DNA of 63,989 nt, counting the filler, from Basidioascus undulatus (Eukaryota), in assembly GCA_000826855.1 (NCBI GenBank). It is 3 parts of 3 records of this genome, joined end to end, with 100 filler letters (N's around TTAATTAATTAA, not from the genome) between each part and the next. Parts side by side here need not be neighbours in the genome. Positions count along the whole stretch, not along the records: positions 1 to 22,077 come from JTLS01000303.1; positions 22,178 to 44,189 come from JTLS01000304.1; 1 more part is not named here. One strand, 5' to 3'. A program made the position numbers and the translations under genes. Shown piece after piece: positions 13,252 to 25,692 of the stretch (positions are counted from its first letter, which is position 1; each line of letters opens with the position of its first letter). The notes beneath the pieces were generated by a model, which saw only the letters and a list, made by a program, of their open reading frames with translations, was not told the origin of the DNA and made no database searches.

Positions 13252-13778
13252 ATGACCGGCATCTCGACGCATGACCAGGTTCGTGTTCTGGTGTCTTCCG
13301 CATTCTCGCACATGGGACACTGCAACTGACATTAGTGCTGGTCATTGCAGGAGTGGGCGAAGTAGGTGTATGCAGAGCATACTCGACGGGAACCAAGTGT
13401 GCTGACTACTGCATCCAGGACCGACAACCAGCTGCCTGACCACTCTCACCGCCAGCACGGCGAGCGCTATGAGCAGGGCAAGGATGAGTCTCACAACCTC
13501 CTCGTGTGTTACTTCTTTACACATTGTTCCTCCGAGACTGTAACCTGACACGGCATAATATTCATCAGGACTCCAACGACCAGCGCTCGATTGCGAACCG
13601 CTTGGGTCACGCGTCTAAGGAGGACGACCGGCAAAAGGCGGAGGAGCGGAACGCGTCGCAGACCAAGCCCACTGAGCCGGCAGTCCGCCATGGCAACGAG
13701 CCGTCGAAGGGGGCCAAGGTGGATGAGGAGTTGCAGAAGGAGGATGAGGAGGCGCTGAAGAAGAACGGGGCCGCTTAA
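13252..13778 (+). CDS. Small hydrophilic fungal protein (HGNEPSKGAKVD-type), copy A
   Basis: Four exons: MTGISTHDQ / EWAK / TDNQLPDHSHRQHGERYEQGKDESHNLL / DSNDQRSIANRL...HGNEPSKGAKVDEELQKEDEEALKK. Confidence 0.75.
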
Positions 13779-15018
13779 CGAAGGGTTAATGAATTTATGA
13801 AGTGACAAACACCTTGCTTTCGAGAGTCCCTTGATTGGCTTGAGTCGACCACCTCTGATAGAAACGGCTTGCTTCGAAGAGTCTAGAAGGGCCAGGCTGG
13901 CGGATATGACCGAGTGACGGCGTACGATGAGGAGGTGCAAGTCAACTGGTCAACACTGGTCCTGGCCCATTTGCGGTCCTCACCCACCCAAGCGTTGTGT
14001 CGCTCTGTAACCACACCTCGCCCTTACGGCTATTTCGTTATATTAAAGAGAGAGGTAAATTTCCTGTGCACTACAGTTATAATGGCCAAACTGATTACTG
14101 AAGTACACGAGGGGTCAACATCTAAGACAGGGCCATACCGGACCGTATAGGCGTTACAGTGCAGATGTTGCGACTGGGCGGGCTTGTGGCCAAAACAACA
14201 ATCTTTAGCACAAGTAATAAAACACCCGGGTTGCAAATCTCTAAACCTAAATATGATCTTGAGCAGCTTGAAGAGATAAACCTGCGAGTATTCCGCCCTG
14301 TGATGTTGGAGGACGCAACAGCCTTGGGATAGATTGCACCAATACTGAAGTTCTAAATCAGAAGGCATTTCTGGTACATCTCGTTATTTAATTGGGGTCA
14401 GAGGCCCTTTGAAGCGTAAGCCAGCGAATACGGCGGTGACAGTCGCGGGTACCACCATCGGTTTGCATGCCAACAAACCTAAAATCAGTTTTACGCCGTA
14501 TCAAGGGCAGAAAGTGGGATTTTTTAACATATGGAGAGACCATCTATAAACATAAAATTCCTGCTTAAGGAACTTTGGGTGCTCAGCAGCCGTGCGAGAC
14601 AGTGGGGACGCGGATGGGGGGAAATGTCGCCCCCAACACGCTGCTCTTGATGCGTTGGTTAGGATGAAGTACCTGATGATTACCTTGTATTTTTTAAATG
14701 TATTGTCCAAATTTGGTCATGCGAACAGGCTATATGCTGGCAAACACAAAAAAGCGCAATGTAAGCCCGCCGATCTGCCCCGAAGGCTTGCTGGGAGAAA
14801 GAGCTATGACTTGGGGGACTAGAAATCTCGAAATCAGGTACGTTTAGTGTCTAATAGTATTTCAAAAGCCACTGGGCCGAGGCAGATACGAGCCTGGCTT
14901 GCGAGTGAAAGTGGGTGATGCAACGCTTTGCTTGCGTCCCCCTGGATGGTCTGCCCGTCGGGAGCGCAGCCTCAACAAGCACTCCATTCCGCATAGCGCT
15001 CCAGTACAAGTTACCAAA

Positions 15019-15665
15019 ATGCCTCACACCAACGATGTCAGCGAAGTTCCCAAGACGGCGATGACCACCACCGCCAAAGCTGGTAAGTTCAGCTGCGCCA
15101 AGCCGGTCCGCCCGCATGAAGCTGATGCACGCTATGGACCCACGTCTCATGTCGACAACAGATACTGAGTTCCCCAGGTATTTGGATGGGGTCTTTCTCG
15201 TTCTTAGAAACAGGGAGAGGCTGAATACGAGGCTGGCAGGGCCCAGCATCCGCCGGATCATTCGCACAGGCAGCACAATACTGGGCGTGGAATGGGCAGC
15301 AGAGACGAAGACCATGTGCACAAATCCCTTCGGTACACAGTGTATGAAACGTAAGTTGACCTTTGGGGAGTTGATAGGAACGTGCTCTGGGCTCTTCGAA
15401 GATTCGGCAGCGCACAGAACCGTCGCCTCTCGCCGACGTCCTCCACACGAATGCAAAGATGGAGTCGCAGGCGAGGGAGCGGGCACAGATCAAGCGTCCC
15501 ACCGACGCTGCTGTCAACCAAGGCCATAATCCGTCTCGAGGGGCTGTGGTGGACCAGCAGATCCAGCTCGAGGAGGAGGAGCACATCGCGCTCAAGACGG
15601 AGAGGCGCATGGAGGATAAAAAGGAGTGGATTGAGCACAGGGAGCTGCACCATAGGCCGTTCTGA
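15019..15665 (+). CDS. Diverged paralogue (copy B) of the 13252-13778 protein
   Basis: Shares PDHSHRQH and KRPTDAAVNQGHNPSRGAVVDQQIQLEEEE (copy A: TKPTEPAVRHGNEPSKGAKVDEELQKEDEE) and a similar 4-exon layout with a micro-exon. Third splice donor uncertain. Confidence 0.6.
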
Positions 15666-16367
15666 GGTGAAGGGTGGTGAATATGTGTCCGGCGACATTA
15701 GCGTATGGGTGGGGTCCCTCAAAAATACACGGGTGCACTGATGGTCGGGCTCATGGGTGTGATGAGTTGAGCATCTCTTGACGTGGTGTCTCGAGGAGGA
15801 GGCCGTACGATAGGCGAGCTACAGGCTGATGACTCAGATGCCCACTGTTCCAGCTCTTGCATTAGTGTGCTTTTATGGGGATGCGAGTCTGGCCTTTTCC
15901 GAATTGTTGGGTCACAACCTCAGTTCACCATGTTTCCTTTGGCGACAACCTGCGTCGGGTGCTCCTTAGAGGGTTTGCTCAATAGGGAGCTTGCTCTAAA
16001 TGCACCCACAAGGGGTACTGAATATGCTGAATTAGACAGCCAATCTGACAGTCTAAAGCGGAGGTTTTCAGAGCGACATCGACTAACGACGAAGCGCATT
16101 AGCCCATCCGTGTTGAAGATGGCGCCGCCCGGCCGCGGTAGTACTTTCGCCCTCAACGTGCAATAGACCTGGACTGCGTCGACTCAAAAGCAGCGGGCTC
16201 AATTGCCGTCTGTAGTGGTACTTTCCTGTGCCTCTCAAAGGCCTTGTGCCAACAAACAAAGACGGCCTAAGCACTTCAAGCAAGCGGAAGCGCACAGCGC
16301 CAGGTGACATGGAACGTTTCAACGAGACAGTCTACAAAAAGAAAAGGGAACCAGGAAGGGGAAATAT

Positions 16368-18313
16368 TTAGCAGGAAGTATGACGCAGCCTAAACAATAT
16401 TGCAACTAGAGCATCAGCCTCGGGGGCCTTGACGGACTCCGGGCGGGCGCTGTTGCTGCTGCTCGAATCAAAGCTGTCCACGTCCCGGCAGTACACCTTC
16501 TCTAGCTTATCATCCTTCTCGGCAGGTGGAGCAAGAGCGGCGACGTTGACAGGGGCTTCCACCCGCCGGGGAAGGACCTTGACGATGCCTGTCCGTCGAG
16601 CGTCCTTGTTGTCCTCAAAGAAGTACCGACCCGAGCGATAGCTATGCGAGTGGGGAGGTAAGCCAGGTCCGTAAGTCTCCGAAATGCGGGGACACGACAG
16701 ATACGCACTACCACTCCACCACACCGGCCACCAACCTGAAATCCACCCACAAGTCAGTACACACACTGGTGTCGGCAGACGTGGAAATTTAACCCACTCC
16801 TTGCACGCGGCGATCCAGCGGGAGACGTCCGCTGCAACGCGGGGGTCGTCCGACTGAGGCACACGCTGCTCTGCCGCCAGAAAGCGATCCACCTGGTCGG
16901 TGACCAGAGCGGTACACGCATCGATGGCTCCTTGCAAGCTGAGCCCTTGAACGAGGTAGAGCCACACAATGTTGTCCGTTTGCCCGACCGCCTGCAGGTT
17001 CGCTAAGTGGGTCAGGACCGAAACGAGTAAGAAAGAGAAAGGACATGAGACAGGCAATATATACCTGTTCCTTGTTGAAGGAGAATAGGTCATTGAGCCT
17101 GCATGCCGCGGTTGGGTGGGTCAGTGCAAGAAATCGTTGAAGGAGACAGCCACTGCAGCGCACCCGCAGATAAGATCGCTTGCCATGTTGCGAATCTCGA
17201 TAAGAGACTCGTGGTTCCAGAGATGGTCGGGAATGTGGAGCCCGTAACAATACCTGTTGAGCAAATATTTGTGTGAGGACACCAGTGCGTGTGCAGAGAC
17301 TGTCCACTCAGAGCCCACCCACTCACTCGATGAAAACTATGTCCTGCATATCAGCGACATTGTAGAAGCAAGGGCCCTCAGGTCTCACTCACCGATAGGG
17401 GGCATTGGTCCACCGGTGAGGCGTCGGTCGAGAATGTGCGACTCGACGGTCCGGACGGCAGCGCCCTCGCCCGTTACGCGTTCTTTCAATAGTCGCGTGG
17501 TGGCCTCGCTATACTCGATAACGCAGGCGGCGTAACGACGTTGCGTGACTGTACGCCGGACCTCACCTTGCGTCAGACTTTCGGCAAAGTGAAGAGGCCA
17601 TGGTGAGAACGACTCACGCTCGTTGGTATCAACACAGAACCGCAAAAAGTAGTCCTTGAGGGCTTTCAGGACGTCTCGCTTGGGCTCATAGTCTTGCATC
17701 TCCTCAGGACGAAGGCTGTGGCGGGACATGAGTGATCTGTGCCACATTATTGAATAAATGAAGAAGAGAACTTACGAAAGCAGCTCTACAACCTGGTCAT
17801 GGAGCGCTTGCGCAGCATCGACATCGTGGGTCAAGATCCCGTCATCCAGCACTGAGGCCAAAGAAAGAAGTCCTCTAGTCAGAAGTTCCCAGAAAACGGA
17901 AATATTCTTTGAGCTTACAGTCATCCCATACAAAAGCCTGCAGAGGAAGCCGCATCAGATCTCGATCATCTTTGAAACTTGTCACTCATGCGCACCTGGC
18001 AGGTCTCGTCCGACAGCGTCCTCAACCGCTCTGCCGAACAGTCCGGCATAAACCATGCTGCTAGAGACGGGAAGTCATGCTTGATGAAGGATGCCTTGTC
18101 CTTCTTGGAGAAGGTGCAGTAGCTGTGTTTGTTAGATGAGGCAGGGTTCAGCACACTTTCCATGCACAGCAAGTTGCAGCTTCGTCTCGCTCACCTGAAG
18201 ATCCACGCATGTGAAGTTGCCCGCACGCACTCAAGATGCGGGTTTTGGGCGGCCCTCCAGCCCCGCAGCAGTGCAGTGCAGTCGGGGAAGACGAATGACT
18301 GGGGAAGGTGCAT
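16368..18313 (-). CDS. Class I terpene synthase (fungal sesquiterpene-synthase-like), copy 1
   Basis: Spliced motifs WDDLLDD (DDxxD, split by an intron at ~17852-17919), RRLTGG, NDLFSFNKE (NSE/DTE), W...SGRYF (RY pair); ATG at 18313 (MHLPQSFVFPD). Confidence 0.88.
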
Positions 18314-18544
18314 TGTTGCGGGTAGATGGATGAATGACTGCGTGAGTTGAAACCTAATGGAGGAGGAAGAGCGACGGGCGAAAATGCCACGCCCTTCGAG
18401 CCTCGATGTTCAAATACTTCACAGAGACTCAAGGGATTCGCTACATGTCCCTCACCTTCTGCGATGGTGAATGTGGCTGATTTGACTTTCAGAATCTCGC
18501 AGAGGATGAGCTCCCTACCGAATCTTGGATCTCGAGGCGGAAGA

Positions 18545-18640
18545 TATCTGTACCGAGCCTCGCGGCGGTAGTGATCAGTACCGAGTCTCGCAGCGGAAGT
18601 GATCTGTACCGAGTCTCGGAGCGGAAGTGACCCTTACCGG
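18545..18640. repeat. 28-bp tandem repeat array upstream of terpene synthase copy 1
   Basis: Units 18545-18572, 18573-18600 and 18601-18628, consensus GATCTGTACCGAGTCTCG(C/G)AGCGGAAGT, plus degenerate partial units on both sides. Confidence 0.85.
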
Positions 18641-19540
18641 ATATTGCAACGTTTGACACGTACTAAGCAGGCGTATGCAGGTCTACATCGCGTCAGCTGA
18701 AAGGTTTCGGTCTCGGGTTCCGTTTAAAGTTACGGTAGCGCTCTGCGTGCCTGCCTGAGCATCAGTCTTTGCAGTTCGCCGACTCTGCGTTTCCCTGCAG
18801 TCCTCTTTTTGATGTAAATCACCCATTTTTCAAGTTCCTTTTTCAAGTGGAGGCTGGTATTGTGGGCACATGGAATGCCATGACAGACGGAGCGAGTCTC
18901 CAACCCCGTTTTCGGCGTCGGCTTCGGGGAACTGAAGGGGTTCATGCGTTCAGGTCCGACGGGTGGAAAGCAGTATCCACATGGCGCTCAGTGATACCAC
19001 CTCTTGAACTGACGGACCCGGTTGCAATCTATGGATGAAAAGTATGGGTTTCAGCAAGTTGCAAGTGCGGAATCCCGCAAGTGGATTGGCAAGGAATGGC
19101 GCAGAGCCGCAAACCAGCCAAGAAAGCTGTCGATTCCTGATGGTTCAAGATGTCGCCTGGCAGCGCTCGTGAAACAGGTCAATAGAAATCATGACGATAA
19201 GGGAGTAGGCCATAGCTGTTAGTTGTTTCTGGGCTTCGTCGCGGCGAAAGTGTGCTTTTACAGTGCTTTGCCCAAGCACACCAACTGCGGCTCGCACGCG
19301 GACCTGCATGTGGACGAAGAACGCGGAACGACGAATCCTGTTGGTGCCCATGGATCTTCTTGATTCTGTGAAACATCCGCAAGGGTCCAGAGTAGGTGTG
19401 CTCAAAAGCAGTCGAGGTACCGTGCCGTTATCTCGCTCGCCCTCTTTCAACTTGTGCCGCTGTTGCTCTTGCCGTTGCTGACCTTGCATCTGGTCTTCGT
19501 ATCTCAATCTTGTATTTCCAACATCGGATACGCCTACACA

Positions 19541-21394
19541 ATGCCTTGGTTGCATCTCGCAGACGGCTTTTCGCTTTATTACACCCGCTTTCCCTTCGAG
19601 GAGGACAAGAGCCGGACCACCATCGCCTTTCTCCAGTGCGCATGGTCATCCAGTGAGGAAGGAATGAGCCAACTGCCTAACACCCAGCATCCCAAGTCAA
19701 AGCGCCCGAGATGCCTCCTTGTGGGTTCGACTTTGCGGGCCAAGGTGTCGCTGATGCTGATGCAGAATGGTTAATGTCGGTTCGCGGTCAACAGCTGGTA
19801 CGTCCGCTCAGATGTGGCACCAACTTTTCTGCGAGTACAATGTTTACTCATGACAATCTACACGTATTCTGCAGCATGCCGCAGTTCGCAGACCCACTTT
19901 TAAATTCCAAATGCAATCTGGTTCGTTATCACAGACTTGAGTTTTGTGACAGCCTGCTTACCGGGTCGGGCGCCTGAAGGTCGCCTTCGACATGCCTTAC
20001 GAACGCAAGACGTGTACTCCACCGTTCACAGGAGAGTATCCATGCAACACAATTTCCAAGACAATATTTCGGGCTTTGGAAGTTCTCGGTATCGAAGAAG
20101 TGAGTGGTTGCAGGCCTGGGCCTTTCTCGTTGTTGTTCGTGAGCTCACAATTGTGCCTTAGCCCGCAAGGCTTATTTCTGGGGGCCCGGCCGTGAGTTGC
20201 TTGCAATTATTAAGCTACATATGGTCTGATAAAAATTATCAGCCGGTGGCATAATCGCTCTCAACATTGCGGCCAACAAGCCGGGCGTCGTGATGGGATT
20301 GATCATTTCTTCAATCTATTATTCTGCGGATATGAGTACTGTCAAAGTTGTAGATGGATCGAACCTCAATACTGATTACATATACTTAAATAAGAACCTT
20401 GAGACTCGAGTGTTCTTTGAGGGAGTCAAACGAGAGTTCAGTGCAGGGACCGACTTCCCCATTACACGCTGCATCTGATGTGAGTCTGAACCGGCTGTGA
20501 CAGAGAATAAGTGCTCATCATCTTCGTCATGACAAGTATAAACAAGTTTTACGGTATGCCTCGGGTGTCGCTAATCATATCATTCACTGGCAGCCAGGCA
20601 GGCGACTACATCAACGGGCGGGCGCTGCAAGCTATCACTGTGTGTCCCTTTTCCCTCAGTACATGTCTTGTGCCGACCAGTAGTCTCATGCTTGATTTGA
20701 AACGCCAAGGACTTCGCGGAAGATCAGTTCGACAAGGGCTATACTGGCTTGTGAGCGGAGACTTTGACCGAGGGTCTTCTATGTTTGTTCTGCTGATATA
20801 TGTTGCAACCCTCAGCCTGCCTATCGCTTGGTCGGCTATACTGGCTGGAGCAGATCACAAACGGTGCGCGCTTTTCTTTCCTGTCTGAAACTTCCGTACG
20901 GTATGCTGATAATATTCAAGTATCATTTTTATAGACACTGAGAATGCAACGCTCCCAGCTCAAAATGTGAACTGGATCTCTAAGAACAACGTCCACGAGC
21001 GTGAGCTGGAGAGGGTGATGCTCAGTGACTGTATAAAACCGGACGGCCCACCGAGATCCGCGATCAATATAATTCCGGATAGCCATTGTGTTGTATAGAT
21101 CTTAATGGTAGCTGCCAGGTAGAAAGCTGTCAGTCAGTCACTTGCAGACGATGACGCCGCTCGTAAGATCTGGATTGCCTGGGCTGTCACGTTGCTGTCA
21201 CGACCAGCATGGTGCATAATAGAGCCCACAGCCCCCACAGGGACGTTGCGAAGATTTCTCAGAGCGATATCGAGGAAGGGGAAGCGCTACGGCCCATCAA
21301 CGCTAGGGACCAGGAGTATGCAGGCGACGCCTCCCGCAAGTCCCGACCTCAGTTTGCAGTACGACCTGCACTGCATCCATTCGAACATCATTAA
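19541..21394 (+). CDS. Putative alpha/beta-hydrolase-fold protein (multi-exon; 3' end uncertain, possibly degenerate)
   Basis: MPWLHLADGFSLYY...TIAFLQ, PQFADPLLNSKCNL/VAFDMP, RALEVLGIEE...LFLGA..GGIIALNIAANKPGVVMGLII resemble the N-terminal half of fungal alpha/beta hydrolases. Canonical nucleophile motif not clearly seen. Confidence 0.5.
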
Positions 21395-21592
21395 TTTTCA
21401 TTAATTTCATGGGTGCGCTCTTTACAAAGGCCTTAAGCGCAAACACATAATTGCGAAAGTAATTTCCCTGACGCTTCAAGCACGCGGAAGTTGATAGGCG
21501 CGCACCGCCGTGCGACGTGCAATGTTTCGGTCAACGAGACAGTACAGAAGATGAACATCGGGAACGTGAAGCTAAGGAGGGTGGAAAAAGAA

Positions 21593-22077
21593 CTAAACAA
21601 TCTGGCAACCAGAGCAAACAGGAACCGCGGCATGCTCTGGACGGGCGCTGCTGCTGCTGCTTCTGGAATCACAGCTGTACACGTCCTGGTAGTATTCCTT
21701 CTCTAGCTTCTCTTCCTTCTCCGCGGATTGAGCGAGGGCGGCAACATTAACAGGGGCTTCCACCCGTCGGGGAAGGACCTTGACGAGTCCTGTCCGTCGA
21801 GCGTCCTTGTTGTCGTCGAAGAAGTACCGACCCGAGCGATAACTATGCGAGCAGTGAGGTCAGTGAGGTCAGTAGATGTTCGACATTCCAGATACATGAG
21901 CCACGCACTACCACTCCACAACACCCGCCACAAGCCTAGAATTGGGACCGAAGTCAGCCCACACATTGGTGTGTACTAAATGGCCGAATATGGAAAACGA
22001 CCCACTCCTTGCACGCGGCGATCCAGCGGGAGACGTCCGCTGCAACGCGGGGGTCGTCCGACTGAGGCACACGGGGA
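21593..22077 (-). CDS. 3' end of terpene synthase copy 2, truncated by the assembly gap
   Basis: VPQSDDPRVAADVSRWIAACKEW and SYRSGRYFFDDNKDARRTGLVKVLPRRVEAPV are nearly identical to copy 1; 22001-22072 matches ~16793-16865 at nucleotide level; TAG at 21593. Confidence 0.85.
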
Positions 22078-22177
22078 NNNNNNNNNNNNNNNNNNNNNNN
22101 NNNNNNNNNNNNNNNNNNNNNTTAATTAATTAANNNNNNNNNNNNNNNNNNNNNNNNNNNNNNNNNNNNNNNNNNNN
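22078..22177. other. Artificial contig spacer (N44-TTAATTAATTAA-N44)
   Basis: N runs around a six-frame stop linker; identical to 44190-44289. Confidence 0.98.
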
Positions 22178-22178
22178 C

Positions 22179-22251
22179 GGCCGCTTAACTCAGTTGGTAG
22201 AGTGTTTGCTTAACACGCAAAATGTCGCAGGATCGAGCCCTGCAGTGGTCA
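22179..22251 (+). tRNA. tRNA-Val(AAC)
   Basis: Acceptor GGCCGCT/AGTGGTC, D arm ACTC-AGTTGGTA-GAGT, anticodon arm TTTGC-TTAACAC-GCAAA, T arm GCAGG-ATCGAGC-CCTGC, downstream T-run. Confidence 0.9.
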
Positions 22252-22807
22252 TTCTCTTTTAGCTCTTCTTCCTTTCAGGCGTCAACTCTGTGTACCTCTC
22301 CATCCCTACACACTTTTGTTTTCTTGTTTGCAAGTGGTTGCCAAGTGGAGGCCCTTCCATCATACCCACCTGGCAGCCAGGCCTGACAAGAGTCGGACCG
22401 AGTTCGACTAGTACTTTTGGACAGAGTGGGAGAGCGGGAAAAGCCTGCGAAGGCCTCGCTCGCACTGGCTTGCGCACGGCTGCTGCTCCCGCCTGCGCGC
22501 ACAGGCTTCGATCGCTCCTTCTGCAACGCCACAAGCTCCACCGAAAGCCGTCAATACTCCGCGGATCCGAACAAGACCGCTGGTTCTGTGCGCCAGCTCG
22601 ATCTGCCTCGCCGCAGTCCGGACCGGTCAACCGGCACGTGAGTGTGCCGGAGAGCGCTATTACGCTCCCCGCCAGCGCGGAGCGTCTTCGACCTTCCCCT
22701 TCGCTCCCGCACCTCGTCCTCCCTTTATAATCCACACAAATCTACGCCGACTGTGCTCATTGCATCAGCAACTGTCGCAGAGAAAACAGCCCGCTCGAGC
22801 CCCTGTC

Positions 22808-25182
22808 ATGTCCGCGTCGACTCTCCGCACCGCTCTCCGCCGCACCGCGACCAAGCCCTCCTCTGCCACCCCCGCCCTCGCCGCACGCTCCTTCTCCCGC
22901 GTCGGCCCCGCCAACGTCGCCGCCTTCAAGAACGCCCTCCGCACCTCCAACGTCGCCCCCAAGAACTTCCTCCAGAACAACAAGCGCACGATGGCCTCCG
23001 TTGCTCACGGCGAGGACGCTACCCGTCCGGTGCGCGGCGTGTCCTTGTAGCCCTCTGTGGGCCTTTCGACTGACTCTTTCCCCCATGCAGGCCCCCGACC
23101 AGGAGCTTCAGGGTGAGCTTACACCCCAGCTTTATCTAGGACACGACACTGACTGCAGTGTCCTTTAGACATCGCCGACTACGTCCACAACTACAAGATC
23201 ACCTCCCCCCTCGCTTATGAGACCGCGCGCCTCTGCCTGATCGACACCCTCGGCTGCGGTCTCGAGGGTCTCCGCTTCGAGGGCTGCGCGAACCTTATGG
23301 GCCCCGTCGTCCCCGGCACCGTCGTCCCCAACGGCGCTCGCGTGCCCGGCACTGACTTCGAGCTCGACCCCGTCCGCGCTGCGTTCAACATCGGCACTGC
23401 CATCCGGTGGCTTGATTTGTGCGTATTTTCATCCATGGAGCTCTCGTGCCTCTGGGGATGGAGAACAGAAACTGATATGTTGTTTGGTGGATAGCAACGA
23501 TTGCTGGCTCGCAGCCGAGTGGGGTCACCCGTCCGACAATCTCGGTGCCATCCTCGCTGTCGCTGTGCGTCTTCCTGGTCCTGTTGCGATGCTTTTCTGC
23601 CTGCATGCGCCGAACTTGAGCCCGCGATGACAGGACTACCTCTCTCGCACTGGCAAGCCCCTCACCGTCAAGGACATCCTGACGGCCATGATCCAGGCGC
23701 ACGAGATCCAGGGTGGCCTCGCGCTCCTCAACTCTTACAACCGCGTCGGTCTCGACCACGTCGTCCTCGTCAAGGTCGCCTCCACCGCCGTCGTCTCTAA
23801 GCTTCTGTCCGTCTTCCATCTACCTTTCGCCTTCCCGCAGCCGCAAACTGACCTGTTCTTCTCGCACACCCTGCAGCGGTCTCACCCGTGAGCAGACGAT
23901 CGACGCCGTCTCGCAGGCGTGGGTCGATGGCCAGTCGCTCCGCACGTACCGCCACGCGCCCAACACCGGCTCGCGCAAGTCGTGGGCCGCCGGCGACGCG
24001 TGCTCGCGCGCAGTCAACCTCGCGCTCCTCGTTCAGCGCGGCGAGATGGGTTACCCCTCCGTCCTGAGCGCTAAGACCTGGGGCTTCTACGGTGCGCTTG
24101 CGAGCTTTTACCTTGACAGGAAGGAATAAAGCTGATTAGAGGGACTTGGTGGTACGGGAACTGCCGTATAGACGTCCTCTTCAAGGGCAAGAAGTTCGAG
24201 TTCCAGCGCCCATACACCGAGTACATCATGGAGAACGTCCTCTTCAAGATCTCCTACCCCGCGGAGTTCCACGCTCAGGTGCGTGCTTTCCGTCTCGCCC
24301 GTCTTAGTTGCGATGCTTATCTGCCTTGGCCTTTTTCTTGCCATCAGACCGCTGTCGAGTGCGCGCACAAGCTCTTCGCTGAGCTGAAGAAGCGCGGCAA
24401 GACTGCGGAGGATATCAAGGAGGTTGTCATTCGTACGCAGGAGGCTGCCATCCGGTATGTCTGCTCTGTCCGCTTACCAAGCGAGGGTGTGTGGTTTACT
24501 GATGATCGCTTTCAAACAGTATCATCGACAAGCAGGGCCCGCTTGCCAACTTCGCCGACCGTGACCACACCATCCAGGTGGGTCTCCGCCTCCTGCTTTC
24601 CCCCCAGCCGCCTGCGTGCCTCCCAACTCACGCATCTCCCCCTTTCCGCAGTACATGGTCGCGATCCCGCTCATCTTCGGGCGCCTGACGACCGAGGACT
24701 ACACGGACGCGGTCGCTTCGGACCCGCGGATCGACGCGCTGCGCGCCAAGATGCGCTGCGTCGAGGACAAGCAGTTCAGCGTCGACTACCACGAGCCGGA
24801 GAAGCGCTCGATCGGGAACGCGCTCACCGTCACGCTCAACGACGGCACCGTGCTCGACGAGGTCGTCGTCGAGTACCCCGTCGGCCACAAGCGCCGCCGC
24901 CAGGAGGGCACCCCGCTCCTCGAGGCTAAGTTCAAGCGCCACATCGCGCCGTGGTTCGCGGAGGAGCAGCAGAAGAAGTCCGTCTCCGACTCTCCCGCTC
25001 CCCATCTCGCCTTGTCTTCCTCGCGCTCCAGTCTTTTCCCGGGTGTACTGACTTTGAACTTCCTCACGAATAGGATCGTCGACCTCGTCTCCGACGCCAA
25101 GAAGCTCGAGGCGACGCCCGTGCACGAGTTCGTCGACCTCTTCGTCGTCCCCGGCGGCCCGCGCAACCGCCCCGGCAACTAA
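22808..25182 (+). CDS. prpD: 2-methylcitrate dehydratase, mitochondrial (PrpD/Pdh1)
   Basis: Arg/Ser/Ala-rich presequence; [87 protein letters not shown]. Confidence 0.96.
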
Positions 25183-25692
25183 ACTAGACATTTTTTACCC
25201 TTCGCTTATTCCTTATCCCTAAAACTTGAACGACCCTCGCCTGTACCTCTGAATTGCCTTCTCTTGAGGGGCGGGGATGAAAATGAACTGAACGTCCAAT
25301 TGCTTTCGTGTGCAGAGAGGCTCGAAGGTCGGAACGAGAGCTATACAGGCATATCTTGGAATCTTAAGGGTCCAAACAATCTGTAGATCAAGGAACATGA
25401 CGGCACAAGCTGGTATAAGCAGGCGCTGCTGTTCAAACTGCATGGGCCAGTCTCCATCGCGCGCACTGCAGCGCCTGTTCGTCAGCGGCGCTGATCCACA
25501 CAACGCGTGCACCGAAGCCCATATTCTGCAGTGCGCCTTTGTCAATGTGATCTATCCGTGAATTTCGCTGCCATCTCGCGCTCCGCAGCGAGCGCGCTCG
25601 GAGCCACCCAAAGAGAGCAAGGCAATGCGCTGTGCGCCTTTCCTTGAGAGCATGACAGCAATTCAAACATTTCCCAAAAAGTGTTTGCAGAG

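Noticed and set aside
18545..18640. 28-bp repeats as a CRISPR array
   Set aside because: Units are contiguous with no unique spacers, there are no cas genes, and the context is eukaryotic.
22122..22133. TTAATTAATTAA palindromic motif inside N runs (also 44234-44245)
   Set aside because: Artificial six-frame-stop spacer used to join contigs; not biological.
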